64,000 nucleotides of DNA from NCBI RefSeq assembly GCF_030144855.1, contig NC_082738.1, forward strand, positions 42,098,001 to 42,162,000, written 5' to 3'. The notes beneath the pieces are model-generated. The model worked only from the letters and a program-made list of their open reading frames with translations. It made no database searches and was not told the DNA's origin. The DNA is from Hypanus sabinus (taxonomy: Eukaryota). Numbering within the stretch: the stretch's first letter is position 1; every line of letters starts with the position of its first letter. Positions 1 through 14,580 of the stretch are shown here, piece by piece. The translations under genes were made by a program, and so were the position numbers.

Positions 1-632
1 ATAAACTGGACTGGTCAAAGAACACTGAGGCTGTCTACAAGAAGGGTCAGAGCCGTCTCTATTTCCTGAGGAGACTGAGGTCCTTTAACAACTGCCGGAA
101 GATGCTGAGGATGTTCTACGAGGCTGTGGTGGCCAGTGCTAACATGTTTGCTGTTGTGTGCTGGGGCAACAGGCTGAGGGTAGCAGACACCAACAGAATC
201 AACAGACTCATTCCTAAGGCCAGTGATGTTGTGGGGGTGGAACTGGACTCTCTGACAGTGGTGTCTGAAAAGAGGATGCTGTCCAAGTTGCATGCCATCT
301 AGGACAATGACTCCCATCCACTCCATAATGTACTGGTTAGGCACAGGAGTACATTCAGCCAGAGACTCATTCCACTGAGATGTAACACTGAGCGTCATAG
401 GAAGTCATTCCTGCCTGTGACCATCAAACTTTACAACTCCTCCCTCGGAGTGTCAGACACCCTGAGCCAATAGGCTGGTCCTGGACTTATTTCCACTTGG
501 CATAATTTGCTTATTATTATTTAATTATTTATGGTTTTATATTGCTATATTTCTACATTATTCTTGGTAGGTGCGACTGTAACGAAACCCAATTTCCCTC
601 GGGATCAATAAAGTATGTCTGTCTGTCTGTCT
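1..632 (+). mobile_element. Rex1/Babar-type LINE 3' end
   Basis: KLDWSKNTEAVYKKGQSRLYFLRRLRSF...MFYEAVVASANMFAVVCWG, then AATAAA and a (TCTG)n tail at 608-632. Confidence 0.85.
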
Positions 633-1656
633 ATTGGTAGACACTGGCTTAAGTCCATTTTGTTGCTTGGACACAGGTCTGTGTTGTTGCTGAATATCAC
701 AGTGGCACCAGCACCAAGCCAAGATGGACAGTGACATCCAGAAAACACAATTCAAGCCCAGCTGATGTCCCTTATATCTTTCCCAGTGGCAGACGTCAAT
801 GCCTGATCTTGGCCTCAAGGCAAATTTGCAAGATAACATACAAGAGACACAGCTCATGGCTGAGCAATCTTCCCTGTTCACCCCCAAACCATTGTCACTA
901 CATTTGAAATGGACACTTGCAAACCACGCAACCATCTCCACTCATGTCTCTTAACCACTCCTGGCTGGGCGTCTATGGGATACAGCTCCTACCTTGGTAC
1001 AGAATACTGATCGGTTTGGATGGTGGAGTTGAGGTGGGATGGTGAGTATTGTGACTGGTTAGAAAAACAATTAATTGGGGCTAGGATACATGAACAGGGC
1101 CCTGTGCACATCAGCAGTGAGGGGGAGGACAGAGTAAATAGTAAGGCAAATACTTAAAGGAGAGTCTACTTGTAGATGCTTTGGAATGTCTTGCACTGCT
1201 GCTGTGGAGTTCCAGCGCTGAAGCAGACTTCAGTTCTTTGTCGTATGTGCCTGTTTTCTTTGTGACATGAGAACATGCACTGCATACATGCCCTGGGTCT
1301 TCTGGATGATGAAACCAAACAGGATGTTAACTAAATTCAACTGTGCATCACACAAAACGGTTGGGCTACTTCAGAGACTATGAGCAGCAACAACTTGCTT
1401 TGATACATTTTGTATTTTAAATATATATATATTATATATATTTTAGTGAGATAAAATGATTTGAGATACTCTGCCCAAGCATAATTGAGGAAACAATGCC
1501 ATTGAACCAAAGTAGCAGAGGTCACCAGAAGAGAGGAAAATCTGGGTAAAAAGATCTTTTGTAAATGCACTGTAGAAAGAGGTGAGAGGGATAGAGAGGG
1601 ATGCCAGTCTGCACCAGCACTTTCTTTTATGGACTTTTTGCAGCCTTAAAAATGAC

Positions 1657-2125
1657 CATAGAAACATAGAAAACCTACAGCACAATACAGGCCTTCGGCC
1701 CACAAAGTTGTGCTGAACATGTCCCTACCTTAGAAATTACTAGGGTTACCCATAACCCTCTATTTTTCTAAGCTCCATGTACCTATCCAGGAGTCTCTTA
1801 AAAGACCCTATCGTATCCACCTCCACCACCGTTGCCGGCAGCCCATTCCATGCACTCACCACTCTCTGCGTAAAAAACTTACCCCTGACATCTCCTCTGT
1901 ACCTACTCCCCAGCACCTTAAACCTGTGTCCTCTTGTGGCAACCATTTCAGCCCTGGGAAAAAGCCTCTGACTATCCCCACAATCAATGCCTCTCATCAT
2001 CTTGTACACCTCTATCAGGTCACCTCTCATCCTCCTTCACTCCAAGGAGAAAAGGTCGAGTTCACTCAACCTATCCTCATAAGGCATGCTCTCCAATCCA
2101 GGCAACATCCTTGTAAATCTCCTCT
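1657..2125 (-). mobile_element. CR1 LINE 3' fragment, little diverged
   Basis: MRGDLIEVYKMMRGID...TRGHRFKV...FFTQRVVSAWNGLP with a (TTCTATG)-type tail. Confidence 0.92.
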
Positions 2126-3834
2126 AATACTAATCACCAATAATGGCATTACCATAGAGACTTTCATTTGTGCTGAAGTGGATGATCTTGTTTGGTCCTT
2201 TCACACTGTAGGTCTCATCATTTTACTGGAATGCTGAATTGCCAGAATTCAATTAAATGTCCAGTGTTTTTGCAAACTTGTTTATGGTTAACACACCTTT
2301 AAAGTGTTGTGAGGAAAGAATGCCGGGGGGGTTGAATGTCAGAGATAGATTTTTTTTTACGCACAGTGTGGTGGGTGCATGGGATGTGCTGAAAGGGTGA
2401 TGGTAGAGGCAGGTACGTTAGAGACATTTAAGAGACTTCTAGGCACGTGGATGGACCCCCATCATCACCTTATACACAACCCCTAGTGTCACTTTATGTC
2501 AGTCTGTGTGTATAAAAGTTACTTGTGCATTGTATTTTATAGGATTGGTTTTATAGTTATATTTATTGTATATTTTTTGTTTTTTTATGGTGTTTTTTAT
2601 GATTATTGGGTTTTTTTATGCTGCATCAGATCCAGAGTAACAGACCAATCTCTTTCTTAAAGATTTTCAAGTCACTATTAAAATAAAACTTTCATTTGGG
2701 CTGAAGTAGGTGATTGTGATTGGTGACATTAAGCTCTCATGAACCTGGCGTCATTACTCTCAATCAAAATTATAAATTCACTGGGAACTTATACTGAAAT
2801 CGTGGACTACAGTAGTTTTATCCTACACCTGCCATAAACTCAGCAGATATAAGCAGCAGTCGCTGATGAATGGCTTTGAAGAGAGATCTGGTATATTAAT
2901 ATTGCATCACTCAAGGTTTTGCAGCTGCAGCAGAAATGGTCTGGCTACAGACTGGGCCTCATGCCGGCTTAAGATTACCTATACTAAACATAGTTCATGA
3001 ATGCTTTAAAACATTGAACATATTCCAAACTTCAAAAAAGAGTGTAATGTGGTCAGCACAATTCCCTTTCATTCAACAATTAATTATATCAAAGAAATCT
3101 CTAAGTTCTACCTAATTTCTGTTTCACGCACAATACCCACTCCCATTATCTGCTTCCCTACGCAGGTTAAATTTGCCACATCATCTCAACCCTGCTAACA
3201 AGTTTCAAAGTGGATTTTTCTCTCTGCAAATATATCCATTTTTGCAGAGAATTAGCTCTTGAGGTAGTTAGTAGCTCTTTACATTGAATTGCCCTGCTCT
3301 TTGCAATGATTATGTAGAAACCTGAAAATTCCATGTTTTTCATGTTGATTTTGCTCATTAAATAGAGGGGAAGCTTTGCTTCCAGTTGTCCAGTGTAGCA
3401 AAATAATAAACTGCCCTTTCATGAATGAATTAATGATTTTGCTACATCTAGTGCTCAAAGGAACCCTTCACCATACAGCTAACTCTTTAATCACAGGCTA
3501 GAAACCTATTTTATAAACTCCAATTAAAAGAGTGATTCTCCTGTTTCAACATTTGTAATTTGTCCATCGCACCTCCCATTTCTCTATTCCTCCTTTCAAG
3601 GCCGTGATCCATGCTATCTCCAACTGCACACAGACAATTTAATCCTCACCAATCAACCAGGTAAAGCCAGGTTACAAGAGCTTGTGAGGTATGCAACACT
3701 ATAAATGACTGCAACAAAATAACAAAACCTAATCTTCTCATGCAACTTCCTGCATCCACTTTCCAAGAGGAATTGCTGGGGAGAATTCAGGAAACTGCCC
3801 TATTAATCTTTCCCCTAGGACAAGCAATCACTCT

Positions 3835-6800
3835 TGTGAATATTCATATTCCAGCCAATTAGTGTTTCATTGTGGTGGTATTTAACTCCCTTCCTTTCGT
3901 TTCAGTTTTATCGGGCCTTGACCAAAAGTGGAGCAATGCCAATGCTTGTTGTTGTCCTGGTTCTGGGAAAGAAGGCTTCCATTTCGAATGAAGCTATTAG
4001 TGAGCAATATTCATTTAATATTAAGTTACTACTGCTGAGTTGCTGTTTGGCATAAGCTTTAGTTTGAAAGTTCTAGTTAACAGCTAGTTGGCCTAGCATT
4101 TATTGTATTTCCTGTATTTCTGCACAATTCCTATTAAAGTCAGTGAACTGTTGATCCTTCTGTGCCCCTCTCTCTCGGCACTTGGGACATAACCACACAC
4201 CTGGTGTCAGCAAGTCTCGAGCAAAGAAAATAGACTCAGCAGAGAGAGATCAGCTGACCTTGGCTCTGACATTCATTGGCCGGATAGGAGAAAAGTTACA
4301 GTCAGTTGAAACTGTGTTGGGAGAAGTGACACAAGCAGTGTGACAGATACTCTCAGACTGACAAGTCCAACCCAGACTGAAGTTCTTGGAGGAGAAACTA
4401 AAATCAGTCAAAGTTGGGTTGGACAATGTGTCTCTTGCAGGGCTACTATCAGAGTGACAAGCCCAGTCCCATCTGGAAGAACAGGTGTCAGCTCTGGCAG
4501 CGACGGTTCAGCAATTCACTGCAGCCGGTCGGAACCAAGTGGCAGTGATTACCACTCTTTGCTGACACAATTCAGCAGCCTTTAGCCATGTCAGTCCAAC
4601 TCCAAGCATTTCCCAGGTCCCCCTCTTCAACAACCTCATCAACCTCAGCCACTAATGCCCAGACTGCCATAACAGTGTCTGGACCAGAACCAAATATTCC
4701 TCCACTAGGCAGATACTCTGGTGGCCCAGATGACTGCAGGAACTTTATTATCCAATGTGAGCTGACTTTTGAAGCCCTGCCTGGTCGGTTCGGTGATGAT
4801 GCTATAAACTGGTGTATATGGTGAACCTCTTAGACAGTCTCCCACTTGCCTGTTCAATGCTCTATGGGAACAAGGTTCCCCATAGCTCTGCCATTTCAGA
4901 GTTCAAGTGTGTTTCTGATCTTCCAGTATGGGGTTTGGAAGCTGCCCACTGACTCCAGGACCAGCACCAAAGTAGAGGGACAGTGAGGGACAAATGGATC
5001 CATGTAAAGTTCAGGCAGTCACAGAGTGGCCCAAACCATCTACGGTGAAACAGATACAGTGCTTCATGGGGTTTGCAAGCTTTTATCGACACTTCATCCA
5101 AAAATTCAGTTCTATTTGCAGACCCCATAAATGCTCTCAACGAAGAAGACTGCTGCAGGATTCCTTTGAACAAGTAAAGCAGACCAAGAATTCTTGGAGC
5201 TAAAGCAACGCTTCACCACTGCCCCAGTGCTGCAACATCCAGACCCATCCTGTCCACTCATCGTCAAGGTGGATACATCAGATGTTTGCATTGGAGCTGT
5301 GTTCTCCCAGTGCCGGCTGCACCCCTGTGCTTTACTTTCCCGTCATTTGACATCTGCCAAATGTAATCATGATGTCAGGAATCAAGATCTTCTGGCTGTC
5401 AAGGAGGCTCTGGAAGCATGGTGACACTAGCTGCAGGGGGTAGAGCATCCCTTTTTGGGATGGACGGATCACAAGAGCCTCTTCTCCATTTGGGCCACCA
5501 AGAAACCCAACTCCCATCAAGCCCATTGGGTTCTCTTCTTCACCCAGTTTAATTTCACCCTCATCTACTGTCCTAGCAGCAAGGATACCAGGGCCAATGC
5601 TCTGTCCTGGTAGCTCAACATGTTTGAGGACATCAGTCTAGAACCCATTGGTCCTCACTCGTGCATTGTTGCTCCAGTGATTTGGAGAATAGAGGTGGAA
5701 GCGAGGGATACCTGACAGTCATATCCAGGTGCAGGTGGGAGACCTGTCAACTGGCTGTTTGTCCCTGCCTCTGTGTACCCCAGAGTGTTGGAGTGAGGTC
5801 TTCCTCCTATCTTCTTGGACATCCAAGAATTCAAGAGACCCTAGAATTTATTAAGAGATGATTTTGGTGGCCATCTATGTTCCAGGATGTCCATGACTTT
5901 GTCTCTGCCCGTCCCACTTGTACCCACAACAAGATGCCACACCAGCACCCTACAGTTCTGCCTAGGCTCACCGCCCTTGGTCCCACCTCTCGTTGGATTC
6001 TGTCCCTGTCTAATAGAAACACTACCATTCTGGGAGTTGTGAACTTATTCTCCAAGGCTGTCCACTTTTTTGCTCTCCTCAAGCTCCCGTTGTCTTGTGA
6101 GACTGCCACCGTCATAGTTCAGCATGTGTTCAGGCTGCACAGCCTCCCTCAGGACATAGTGTTTGATCATGGACCACGGTTCACATCCTGGTTTTGGGAG
6201 GCTCTCTGTTCTCTGGTTTGTCTGCTGTCTGGTTTCCATCTCCCAATCCAATGGCCAGACTGAGAGGCTGAATCAGGAGCTGGAGACAACCCTGAGCTGC
6301 CTTGTCTCTTCCAACCCCACGTCCTGGACTCCCAACTGGTTTGAGCAGAGACTGCCCACAGTAACCTCCAGTCACCCTCCACTGGCATGTCCCCCCTCTG
6401 AATGCCAGAAGAGATTCAAGTCACCACTCTTCCCTGCCCAAGAGATGGATGTGGGAGTTCCTGTCACACAGGCCCCATGCTACATGGGAATATTCATAGT
6501 GGAGAAGGCTATCAAGAAGGTCTCATATAGATTGCACCTACAATCATCAATGAAGATCCATCCAGTATTCCATGTTTCCCGGCTCAAGCTGGTGACTACT
6601 ACCACTCCTGACTCCAGTCACTCCCCCTCCTCCTCCTCCCCACTTGGTGGATGGGTCCCTGGCACCTCGCAGGGTATGGGGCAGATCCAGTACTTTGATG
6701 ATTGGGAGAACTACGGCCCTGAGGAACATTTTTGAGTTCTGACCCCTGACACCCTGGACAAGTCTGTCATCTGGGACTTCCAGTGGGTACATCTCTCTGG

Positions 6801-7279
6801 CACCTTGGGACAAGGGCCCTGTCACAACCCTAGGCTGTACCATGGGGCCTCTGCACCCTCGCAGATGAACGACGGAAGAGGTTCGCCAATTAAGTTCGTG
6901 AATATGCACGTTCCAGCCAATTAGTGTTTCATTATGGAGGTATTTAACTCCCTTCCTCTCATGTCAGTCTTGTCAAGACTTGGCCAAAAGTGGAGCAATG
7001 TCAACGCTCCCTGCTTACTGTTATCCTGACTCTGGGCAAGAACGCTACCATTTAGACTGAAGCTGTTAGTGAGCAGTATTCTTTTGTATTAAGCTAATAC
7101 TGCCGAGCTGCTCTTTCTGCATTAGCTTTAGTGTGAACCTTTTAATTAATGGCCCGTTGGCCGAGCATTTATTGCTTTTTTCTTTATTTCCGTACAGTTC
7201 CTATTAAAGTCAGTGAACTGTTGATTCGCTTCAGTGCCTCGCTCTTGGCACTTGGGCCATAACTGCATACTTCATGTCA
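3835..7279 (+). mobile_element. Decayed, internally deleted chromovirus (sushi-like) Ty3/Gypsy provirus
   Basis: Diverged LTR pair (about 3835-4209 and 6820/6897-7279), candidate TSD CTCT, Gag remnant RYSGGPDDCRNFIIQCEL, RT/RH remnants [15 protein letters not shown] and FTTAPVLQHPDP, integrase SNGQTERLNQELE, chromodomain remnant QYFDDWENYGPEE. Many stops and frameshifts. Confidence 0.88.
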
Positions 7280-7732
7280 CTCTTTGTGTATCTTCTTGTT
7301 TGATAGAGTGAGAATGAGGCATGGAAACTCAATCTACACTGTTTAGTGTAAAGAAATGAAGACTTGTATTTATATAAAGCCTTTCGCAATCTCTGGATAT
7401 TGCTAAACCGTTTAGAGCTAGAGTACCCTTAAGGGTAAAGGTAGCCTCAAGAACTAATTGTACCATGTGATATGACATTACTACAGACACAGCATCAGGT
7501 GAACACTTGAAGTGTTGTACTAGCATCTCGATTTTTGTTTTTTGACTTTGCAAACTGAAGCACTAACGAACCCATAGATAATGTGTTGGCGCTGAATCTG
7601 GGATGTTGACACAGCTGCAGGACAGCAATCTAAAGTGAAGGAAATAAGGAACATGTTCTCTAGCTGGAACAGATGTTGGTGATAGATGTCATTATGTAGT
7701 CCGCAGCCTGACATGAAGACATGGAGAGCTTT

Positions 7733-8325
7733 TGCATCTTGGCAGCTATAAATCAGGGCACTGAGTACCGGAGTTGGCATGTTATGTTGATGTTGTATAA
7801 AGCATTGGCAAGGCTGAATTTAGAGTATTATGTTCAGTTTTGGTCACCTACCTACAGGAAAGATATCAATAAACTTGAAAGTGCAGCGAGAGTTTACAAG
7901 GATGTTGCCGGGACTTGAATTTATAGGGAAAGGCTGAATAGGTTAGGACTTCATTCCCTGGAGCACAGGGGAATGAGGGGAGATCTTATAGAGACAAGAT
8001 TATGAGGGGAATAGATAGGGTGAATGCATGCTGTCCTTATCCCTTCAGGTTGGGTGAGACTAAAACTAGAGGTCATGGTGATTAGGGTGAAAGGTGAAAT
8101 ACTGAAGGGGAATCTTCTTCACTCAGAGGGTGGTGTGAGTGTGGAATGAACTGCCAATGGAAGTGGTAGATATGGGTTCAATTATAACATCTAAGGGAAG
8201 GTTGAATAGGTACACAGATGGGAAGGATTTGGAGGGATATGGTCTGGGAGCAGGTAGATGGGACTAGGAAATAGATCAGTTCAGCTGAAGGACCTGTTTC
8301 CATGCTGTAGTACTCTACAACTCCA
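7733..8325 (+). mobile_element. CR1 LINE 3' fragment
   Basis: LYKALARLNLEYYVQFWSP followed by a typical CR1 3' end. Confidence 0.85.
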
Positions 8326-9182
8326 TTCAATATAGCTGCAAGTGCAAAGGTGGTACTTAAAATTCACAAGGATTCTTAGGGGCATAATTCTAAGAAGCCA
8401 GCAGGGAGTAAACCCATAGAAATGGCAATGAAGGCATGGTCATCTTCAAGCTGTGTCACAAGGATGCTGGGAAATCAGTAGGTAATTTGAACACAAAAGT
8501 GACGTGGCTGCAAATGGCAGGAGGTCTCACCATGGGTATTATGGGAGTCACTTGACTCCATTCGAGGTGGCCCTTTTCTACAGTTGTCACAGGGTAGAGC
8601 AAACCTCTGCTGGAAGTAACGATTGGTAAAGATGGAAGTCCCCATTTTCCTTGGACGCAGAATTTTGGACTAGTCCTGTTGGGGGACTATACACTTACAG
8701 AATCAGAAAATTAGGAAATAAAAATGGAATATTGAACAGTACATATTGCACATCCAAAGGGGTTGGAATAAGAACATAGTAATATCTATACAAATTGATG
8801 CCATGGCAATTTGGGCTGGGTGTGTAGCTATACTATAAATTTCCAATGTTACAAAGCAAAACAATGTTGGATACATTTTGGGAAGGGCACCGAGAATAAT
8901 TGGGGGAGAGGCGACGTGTTGATTTGCCAGTGGGGAGGCAAGGGTCCAGTTGTCCATTGTTGTATGGGCCATGGATAGGTGTCACCAGAGTCACAAAAAG
9001 GAATCATCAGAGAAAAACCATTTGGCCCATCAAATCTATACCATCCTGATGTAAGAGAAATCCAACTAGTCTTCCCCTTCTGCTCTCTTCCCATGCAGAG
9101 AGTTGTAAAGTCAGACAGCTCCATCATGGGCACTAATTTCCCCACCATCAAGGACATCTTTAAAAGTTGATGCTTAAAGAAG

Positions 9183-11100
9183 GTAGGGAAAGGAAGAGGA
9201 TGGCAGCAGTGATAGGGGACTCTATAGTTAGGTGAGTCAGACAGGCGATTCTGTGGACGCAGGAAAAGAAACAAGGATGGTAGTTTGCCTCCCAGGTGCC
9301 AGGGTCCAGGATGCTTCTGATCGCGTCCACGATATCTTGAAGTGGGAAGGAGAACAGGCAGAGGTCGTTGTACATATTGGTACCAACGACATAGGCAGGG
9401 AAAGGGAGGAGGTCCTGAAAGCAGACTACAGGGTGTTAGGAAGGAAGTTGAGAAGCAGGACCACAAAGGTAGTCATCTCGGGATTACTGCCTGCGCCATG
9501 TGACAGTGAGAATAGGAATAGAATGAGGTGGAGGATAAATGCGTAGCTGAGGGATTGGAGCAGGGGGCAGGGATTCAGATTTCTGAATCATCAGGACCTC
9601 TTTTGGGGCAGGTGTGACCTGTACAAAAAGGACGGGTTGCACTTGAATCCCGGGGGGCCAATATCCTGGTGGGGAGGTTTGCTAAGGCTGTTGGGGAGGG
9701 TTTAAACTAGGTTTGCTGGAGGTTGGGAACTGAACTGAAGAGATGGAGGAAGTGGCAGGAGGCTCACAAATAGAGAAAGCTTGGAGGCAGAGCGAGAGGG
9801 AGGGTAGGCAGGTGATAGAGGAGGGACGCGCTCAGACTGATGGTTTGAGATGTGTCTATTTTAATGCAAGGAGTATTATGAATAAAGCGGATGAGCTTAG
9901 AGCGTGGATCAGCACTTGGAGATATGATGTGGTGGCCATTACAGAGACTTGGATGGCTCAGGAGCAGGACTGGCTACTGAGTGCCGAGTTTTAGATGTTT
10001 CAGAAAGGACAGGGAGGGAGGCAAAAGAGGTGGGGGCATGGCACTGTTGATCAGAAATAGTGTCACGGCTGGAGAAAACAACAAAGTCACTGAGGGATTG
10101 TCTACGGAGTCTCTGTGGGTGGAGGTTAGGAATAGGAAGGGGTCAATAACTCCACTGGGTGTTTTTTATAGACCACCCAGCAATAACAGGGACATTGAGG
10201 AGCAGATAGGGAGACCAATTCTGGAAAGGTATAATAATAAGAGTGTTGTCGTGGTGGGAGATTTTAATTTCCTAAATATTGATTGACATTTCCCTCGAGC
10301 AAGGAGTTTAGGTGGGGTGGAGTTTGTTAGGTGGGTTCAGGAAGGTTTCTTTATGCAATATGTAGATAAGCCTACAAGAGGAGAGGCTGTACTTATCAGG
10401 ATTTGGGAAATGAACCTGGTCAAATATCAAATCTCTCAGTGGGAGAGCATTTTGGAGATAGTGATCACAATTCTATCTCCTTTACCATAGCATTAGAGAG
10501 GGATAGGAATAGACAAGTTAGGAAAGCGTTTAATTGGAATAAGAGGAAATATGAGGCTATCAGGCAGGATTTTGGAAGCATAAATTGGGAATAGATGTTC
10601 TCAGGGAAATGTACGGAAGAAATTTGGCAAATGTTCAGGGGATATTTGCGTGGAGTTCTGCTTTAGGTACGTTCCAGTGAGACAGGGAAAGGATGGTAGG
10701 GTACAGGAACTGTGGTGTACAAAGGCTGTTGTAAATCTAGTCAAGAAGAAAAGAAGAGCTTACGAAAGGTTCAAAAAACTAGGTAATGATAGAGATTTAG
10801 AAGATTATAAGGCTAGCAGGAAGGAGCTTAAGAATGAAATTAGGAGGGCCAGAAGGGGCCATGAGAAAGTCTTGGCAGACAGGATTAAGGAAAACCCCAA
10901 GGCATTCTACAAGTATGTGAAGAGCAAGAGAATAAGTCATGAGAGAATAGGACCAATCAAGTGTGACAGTGGAAAAGTGTGTATGGAACTGGAGGAAATA
11001 GTAGAGATACTTAATGAATACCTTGCTTCAGTATTCACTGCGGAAAAGGATCTTGGTGATTGTAGTGATGACTTACAGCAGAATGAAAAACTTGAGCATG
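9183..11100 (+). mobile_element. CR1 LINE fragment: ORF1 SGNH esterase and ORF2 endonuclease
   Basis: GDSIVR...CLPGARVQD...VHIGTND (esterase); YFNARSI, AITETW, GVFYRPP, VGDFN, SDHNSI (APE). Frameshifted. Confidence 0.9.
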
Positions 11101-14100
11101 TTGCATTTTAATCTGCCTCCACTACTACTCCTGGAAGTGCACTCTAGACCCTTACTACTTGCTACGTAAAACAAAGATTTCCTTGTGTAAATAAAAATTT
11201 AAAAATAAAACTACAGATGCTGAAAATCTGCAGTAAAACCAGTAAATTCTGGGAATATTCAGCAGGTCAAACAGCATCTGTGTAAAAAGAAACAATTAAA
11301 TTTTCAGGGCAAAAACCCTTTGCTTCCTGGATTGTCTCTGGGCCCAATGATGCCTTTAAAGGAACAACAAGGAGGAGGAAAGGTCCAGTGTCTACATGAA
11401 GTCATGTTGGCCATAAAGGAAGTGAAATATGGCAGAGAACACCAAACTCAAATGGGTTAAGGACAGTGGAAGTGGACAAACCAAATGTCTTTGATCTTGC
11501 CATGTGTTTGGAGGAATAGAGGCTGCCATTTTGTGAAGCTGCTCTGTAGCTTCCATTTTGTGAGCTGATTTTGTGAACTGTTTTTGCTCAGAAATAGTTC
11601 TATCAAAGTGCTTTAAAGTTGACACAATAATGCTCCAGATAATCTGCTGAATTAGAGATTTTTTTTTCCAAATAAGAAGTCATTTGTAAGGTGCTCTTCG
11701 GTAAGATAGTACATACTGGTTTATGAACAGGGATTCTATGTCTGCCCTGGGTAACTCACGCCAAGTAACTGGTTGGTTCCAAATAAAGAAACATTAATTA
11801 CAAATTGCTACTTGTGAGAAGGGCAATCAGATGATGCTGGCTTGGACGAGAGCCAATGGGAAGCTGACACATGTTAGCCAGTTAGGCCAGAGTCAGCAAG
11901 ATTGAAATGCAATGTTTGAACTGATAAGGAAAGAGTACAAGAATGAGGGTCTTCGAATGCAAAGTGGTGAGAACTCCGGACTATCACAAGGACGAACCCC
12001 TTGCCAGGAGCTGGGAGAAGAAGGATCAATTGTTTGGCCAATGTGAGATCCCCTGTTTCAGTGTTATAAATTGGAGAAGTAGTCTGAGAGAGCATTGGTA
12101 CAGAGGGAACAATAGAATTCATGTTTAGGTTATTGGCCTGGGGTCAACATACTTAGGTTGATTTTGGTGCAGAGACAATAAAGTGCAAGCTTTGATTGAT
12201 TAAGCATCGTGTAGCGAAATGCCAAAGCTAGACCAGTCGATGACAGTCAACAGTCAGACTGGGAGTCAAAATTTAAGATGACATGAAAGCAGAGCTACAA
12301 AAATGAAGAGCCTTAAAAAGCAATTAAACCAGAGATTGTCGTTAATGAGTTCATGTTATTCAATAATGTACTAAAAATAGTATATCATTGTAACCAATGC
12401 AGTATGATGAGAGCTATTAGTCCTGTGTTATACTTTCTGTGAACTGTTTGGTGTTTTGAATATGCAGTATATGCAATATAATTGTTATGAGGACAATTAT
12501 ATTGCTGTAATGATTGCAGAACAGGTTATGAGTCCAGATGCACATGCCAATCTGGAGGAGTGATCATCTACAATCATCAGTACGTGGAGTGGATGCCCAT
12601 GCTGAAGAGTTTTGTAGATAACAAGGCTAAAAACCTGAGTGAATTTATAAATGATCTAATTCATGCAATTCTCTATAAATACCTTGTTAATTGTATATTT
12701 TCAAACCTGTCAATAGTTATTTCTTTAATTTTATAGATGTAAACAGTTGATGTTTTATATGGGTTTTTTTTAAAAAAAGTGGTATGGTGTTGTGAGTGCA
12801 CCATGCCACATGCCTATTGTATCAGACACTGCTGTTAGCTGCATTCATTGCCTTCAGTAAAAATGTTCTGCTAGGTGGTCTGCCTCTGAGACTTGCCTTT
12901 GTAAGCAGGGATCCTAAAAAACCACAAACATTAACAACAGCAATGAAACGTGAATTATGAGTGCAGCTGCTATCAAAATGTACGAAACATGGAATCAATT
13001 TGCTGAAACAAGATCTCGCACTAGATAATCATTATGTTATAGTTGGTTAAGGAAGAAATATTGAACAGAACACACAAACAATGATTAACTCCTCTGGTTT
13101 TTTAGAATGATATCTATAATGACATGAGAGGCATCTGTGGCCTTGATGAAATATTTCTTCAAAGTAAAATATTAAAAATTATTTAATAAAGTGTGGTTGG
13201 AGGCTACATTATTCATTAGAATGGGAATTAGTTCTTGGGTGTATTTATATACATAACAGGTTTCTAGCTTTAATTTCATTTAACCATAGACATTAAAATT
13301 CAATATTAACTCATAACCTGTTTCACAATCATTACAGCAATACAAATTATTATACTTCTCACCTCTCTGCCTTTTACCAAACTTAGAAAGCTCACCATAT
13401 TTATTACTGATGAGTTTACATCTAGAATGAATGTTTCGCTCTGAAAAATCTCTAAGTCATATTACCTTTACTGCTGTAAATGTTGGTTTATTTACTTTAG
13501 TGAGTATTCACTGTGTTGGTGGTAAATCGGATTAATCAGGTTGCATGTCTAAAGATAAGGGATGATTTTATTTCAGATCCATTTACAAGATGTGGATGCT
13601 GTCATTTACCATCGAACTCTATCCAAGAGGCAGTTAGCTTTCATTGTAATGGGAGAATGGCGGATGACGGACATTAGTAAATCAGTTAAGCTTTTGATGC
13701 CAATCCAGTAGTTTATAAGTCATCATTTATTTACTTATTTGAATTTAAATTCTGTTTCTGCCATGATGGGATTTTGGATTGTGCAATGGTCTGAGCCTCT
13801 AGGTGTGATTGCGCAACTTATTCACAAAGCTATTGGCTCTGACTATAATGGTATTTGTTGCCCATGACCACATGGGTTTCTTAACTACTTATTCCCCTGT
13901 AGTTCGACAACTTATTCTCTCTATAAGTCCATCAACTCTCCTTCGATTCCAAAGACACACACCTGAACTAAGAAGCAATTTACAATAGCAATTTGTGGTA
14001 GGCAAAAGATATTAACATTATTTAAAAGGGACTTGGATAGGATAGGAAAGCTTTAGAGGGTTCTGGGCCAAATGCAGACAAATGGGACTAGTCGAGATGA

Positions 14101-14580
14101 GAATCTTGGTCAGCATAGACCAGTTGGGCTGAAGGGCCTGTTTCTGTGCTGTATGACTCTATGACTCAATAATTAACCACTAGCATATCTTAGAGAGGTG
14201 GCAGGAAACTGAAAGCCCTTGTAGAAATGCAAGTGGTGGTGGGGAGGACACACAAATTCTACCTAGGCCATGCCAGTGTGCTGCCTACCCTTGATAGGGA
14301 AACAAGTCACATCATTGAGGAAAAATGGGCAGGGATTGTGGAAATATACTAACATATAAATTGGCTTTCATGGCTACCACAGGGACCAGAGCAATAAAAA
14401 GCTTTCATGATTTAATGCCAGATTTTCAAGCTACATGGTGCAGGGACACCAAAGATACAATGGTCAGATGTAAGCAAACTACAATTCTACAAACGCTGGT
14501 AATAAAGGGCATTAGTGGGCACTAGGACCTCAAACTGAGAAATGTCAATCCTGCTATATTCATCAACATGTCATCATTTC

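Noticed and set aside
11390-12800. Possible ancient LTR/ERV remnant (repeated CCATTTTGTGA motifs at 11525-11577)
   Set aside because: No paired LTR, PBS or protein motif that I can support.
13361-13440. Candidate for the next channel exon (GAG|GTGAG donor on the minus strand)
   Set aside because: Translation has no similarity to the expected ELK coiled-coil segment; that exon probably lies outside the window.
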